NCBI RefSeq assembly: GCF_003790525.1
Contig: NZ_CP033635.1
From: Escherichia coli
GTDB taxonomy: Bacteria; Pseudomonadota; Gammaproteobacteria; Enterobacterales; Enterobacteriaceae
Length of the DNA stretch: 64,000 nucleotides
Direction: 5' to 3' (one strand)
Notes under the pieces: generated by a model
Told to the model about the DNA's origin: nothing
The model's database searches: none
What the model saw: the letters and a program-made list of their open reading frames with translations, nothing else
In this document: positions 63,056 to 64,000 of the stretch, in pieces
How positions within the stretch are numbered: position 1 is the first letter of the stretch
How the letters are laid out: each line of letters begins with the position of its first letter
Translations under genes and position numbers: made by a program

Positions 63056-63910
63056 TTAGTTCTGCGGATTCAACGCGCTAAGGATAAAATCCACCATCTG
63101 TTCGCGATAAACATCGCCGTGACGATCAGAAAAAGCATCAATGTGTTCGCCATCCGGGATTAGGATCAACCGTTTTGGCTCTTTTGCCAGGCTATACAAC
63201 TTTTCGCTGTGCTGCCATGGGATAACGTGATCAGCTTTACCGTGAATGAGTAAAAGCGGGATCGGGCTGACGCTGGCGATGTAATTTTCGCCGCTGTAAC
63301 TCTCATCAAGTAAGTAGCCACTGCCGGGGATCATCTGGTTGGCGATGGTCGCATAAGAGGCAAATGTGGAGTCGAGGATCACCGCACGTATGCCTTCACG
63401 ATCACCCTGACCAATAACATCAAGAATATTCGCCCCGCCAATACTCTGCCCGAACAGCACCAGCCGTTGTGGGTTTACATCACTGCGATGGCGCGCCACA
63501 TTGATGGCACTTTGCGTATCGTCTAATAACCCTGCCTGAGAAGGTTTTCCTTTTGATTTACCAAACCCGCGATAATCAAACATAAAAACGTTGAAATTAC
63601 GCTCGGGTAACCAACTGACCAGCGGCCAGTGGGCGGACATATTTCCGGCATTGCCGTGAGCATGAATAATGGTAGCAATGGCGTTATCAGCAGGGCCCGT
63701 CGAAGAAGGAATAAACCAGCCTTGCAGACGAGTACCGTCCTTAGCCGTAAATTCGACGGATTCCGCCGACCAGGGGTCGGGACCGTATATTTTATCGTCA
63801 GGATAATAGAAGAAGTTGATGGCGACGCGCGGCACTAAATAAACGCAGAAGGCAACAACAAAGAGAATAAACAGAATTTTGAGAACGCGTTTGTTCACTG
63901 GCAGCGCCAT
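63056..63910 (-). CDS. yfhR: alpha/beta-hydrolase-fold serine hydrolase (uncharacterised)
   Basis: 284 aa from MALPVNKRVLKILFILFVVAF... (ATG at 63910 preceded by AAGGAAAGG); N-terminal TM anchor, nucleophile elbow GQSIGG; ORF-track ORF starts 9 codons upstream. Confidence 0.85.
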   Translation of the reverse strand: MALPVNKRVLKILFILFVVAFCVYLVPRVAINFFYYPDDKIYGPDPWSAESVEFTAKDGTRLQGWFIPSSTGPADNAIATIIHAHGNAGNMSAHWPLVSWLPERNFNVFMFDYRGFGKSKGKPSQAGLLDDTQSAINVARHRSDVNPQRLVLFGQSIGGANILDVIGQGDREGIRAVILDSTFASYATIANQMIPGSGYLLDESYSGENYIASVSPIPLLLIHGKADHVIPWQHSEKLYSLAKEPKRLILIPDGEHIDAFSDRHGDVYREQMVDFILSALNPQN

Positions 63911-64000
63911 AACCTTTCCTTGCGACTTCTTTATCATCCATTAATCGGGGAAAGATGGTGGGAGAGTGACGAAAGAAAGTAAAGCGGTGAGGAAGTATTT

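Overview
This window reads as a contiguous, syntenic stretch of Escherichia coli K-12-type core chromosome, and I do not find a previously undescribed system in it. Gene order, read left to right: 3' 2.3 kb of a 23S rRNA and the 5S rRNA (rrnG operon 3' end), then kgtP, yfiM, pssA, patZ, tapT(yfiP), trxC, yfiF, ung, grcA, eamB, yfiE, srmB, trmN6(yfiC), nadB, rseD-rpoE-rseABC, lepAB, rnc-era-recO-pdxJ-acpS, ohsC/shoB, yfhL, yfhH, pgpC, tadA, mltF, purL, glmY, glrK-qseG-glrR, glnB, hmp, glyA, yphHGFEDCBA, hcaDBCFE, hcaR, hcaT, csiE, yfhR. All identifications rest on my recognition of protein and RNA sequences and motifs read from the window; no database search was run. Every ORF over 100 aa that I accept maps to a known family, and I see no transposase, integrase, phage genes, CRISPR repeats or compositional island. 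Features beyond the protein genes are small and already described: the shoB/ohsC type I toxin-antitoxin pair (with a 19-nt repeat that explains their pairing), the glmY sRNA with its sigma54 promoter and three TGTC-N10-GACA activator sites, the rseD upstream ORF coupled to rpoE, REP elements, terminators and several operators. The least-characterised part is the yph cluster (ROK regulator, 1093-aa YphG, ABC transporter, dehydrogenase, mutarotase-like protein), a probable carbohydrate-utilisation locus with no known substrate. Gene boundaries were refined from the ORF track where the longest ORF overshoots the known start; fine coordinates of RNA features are approximate.
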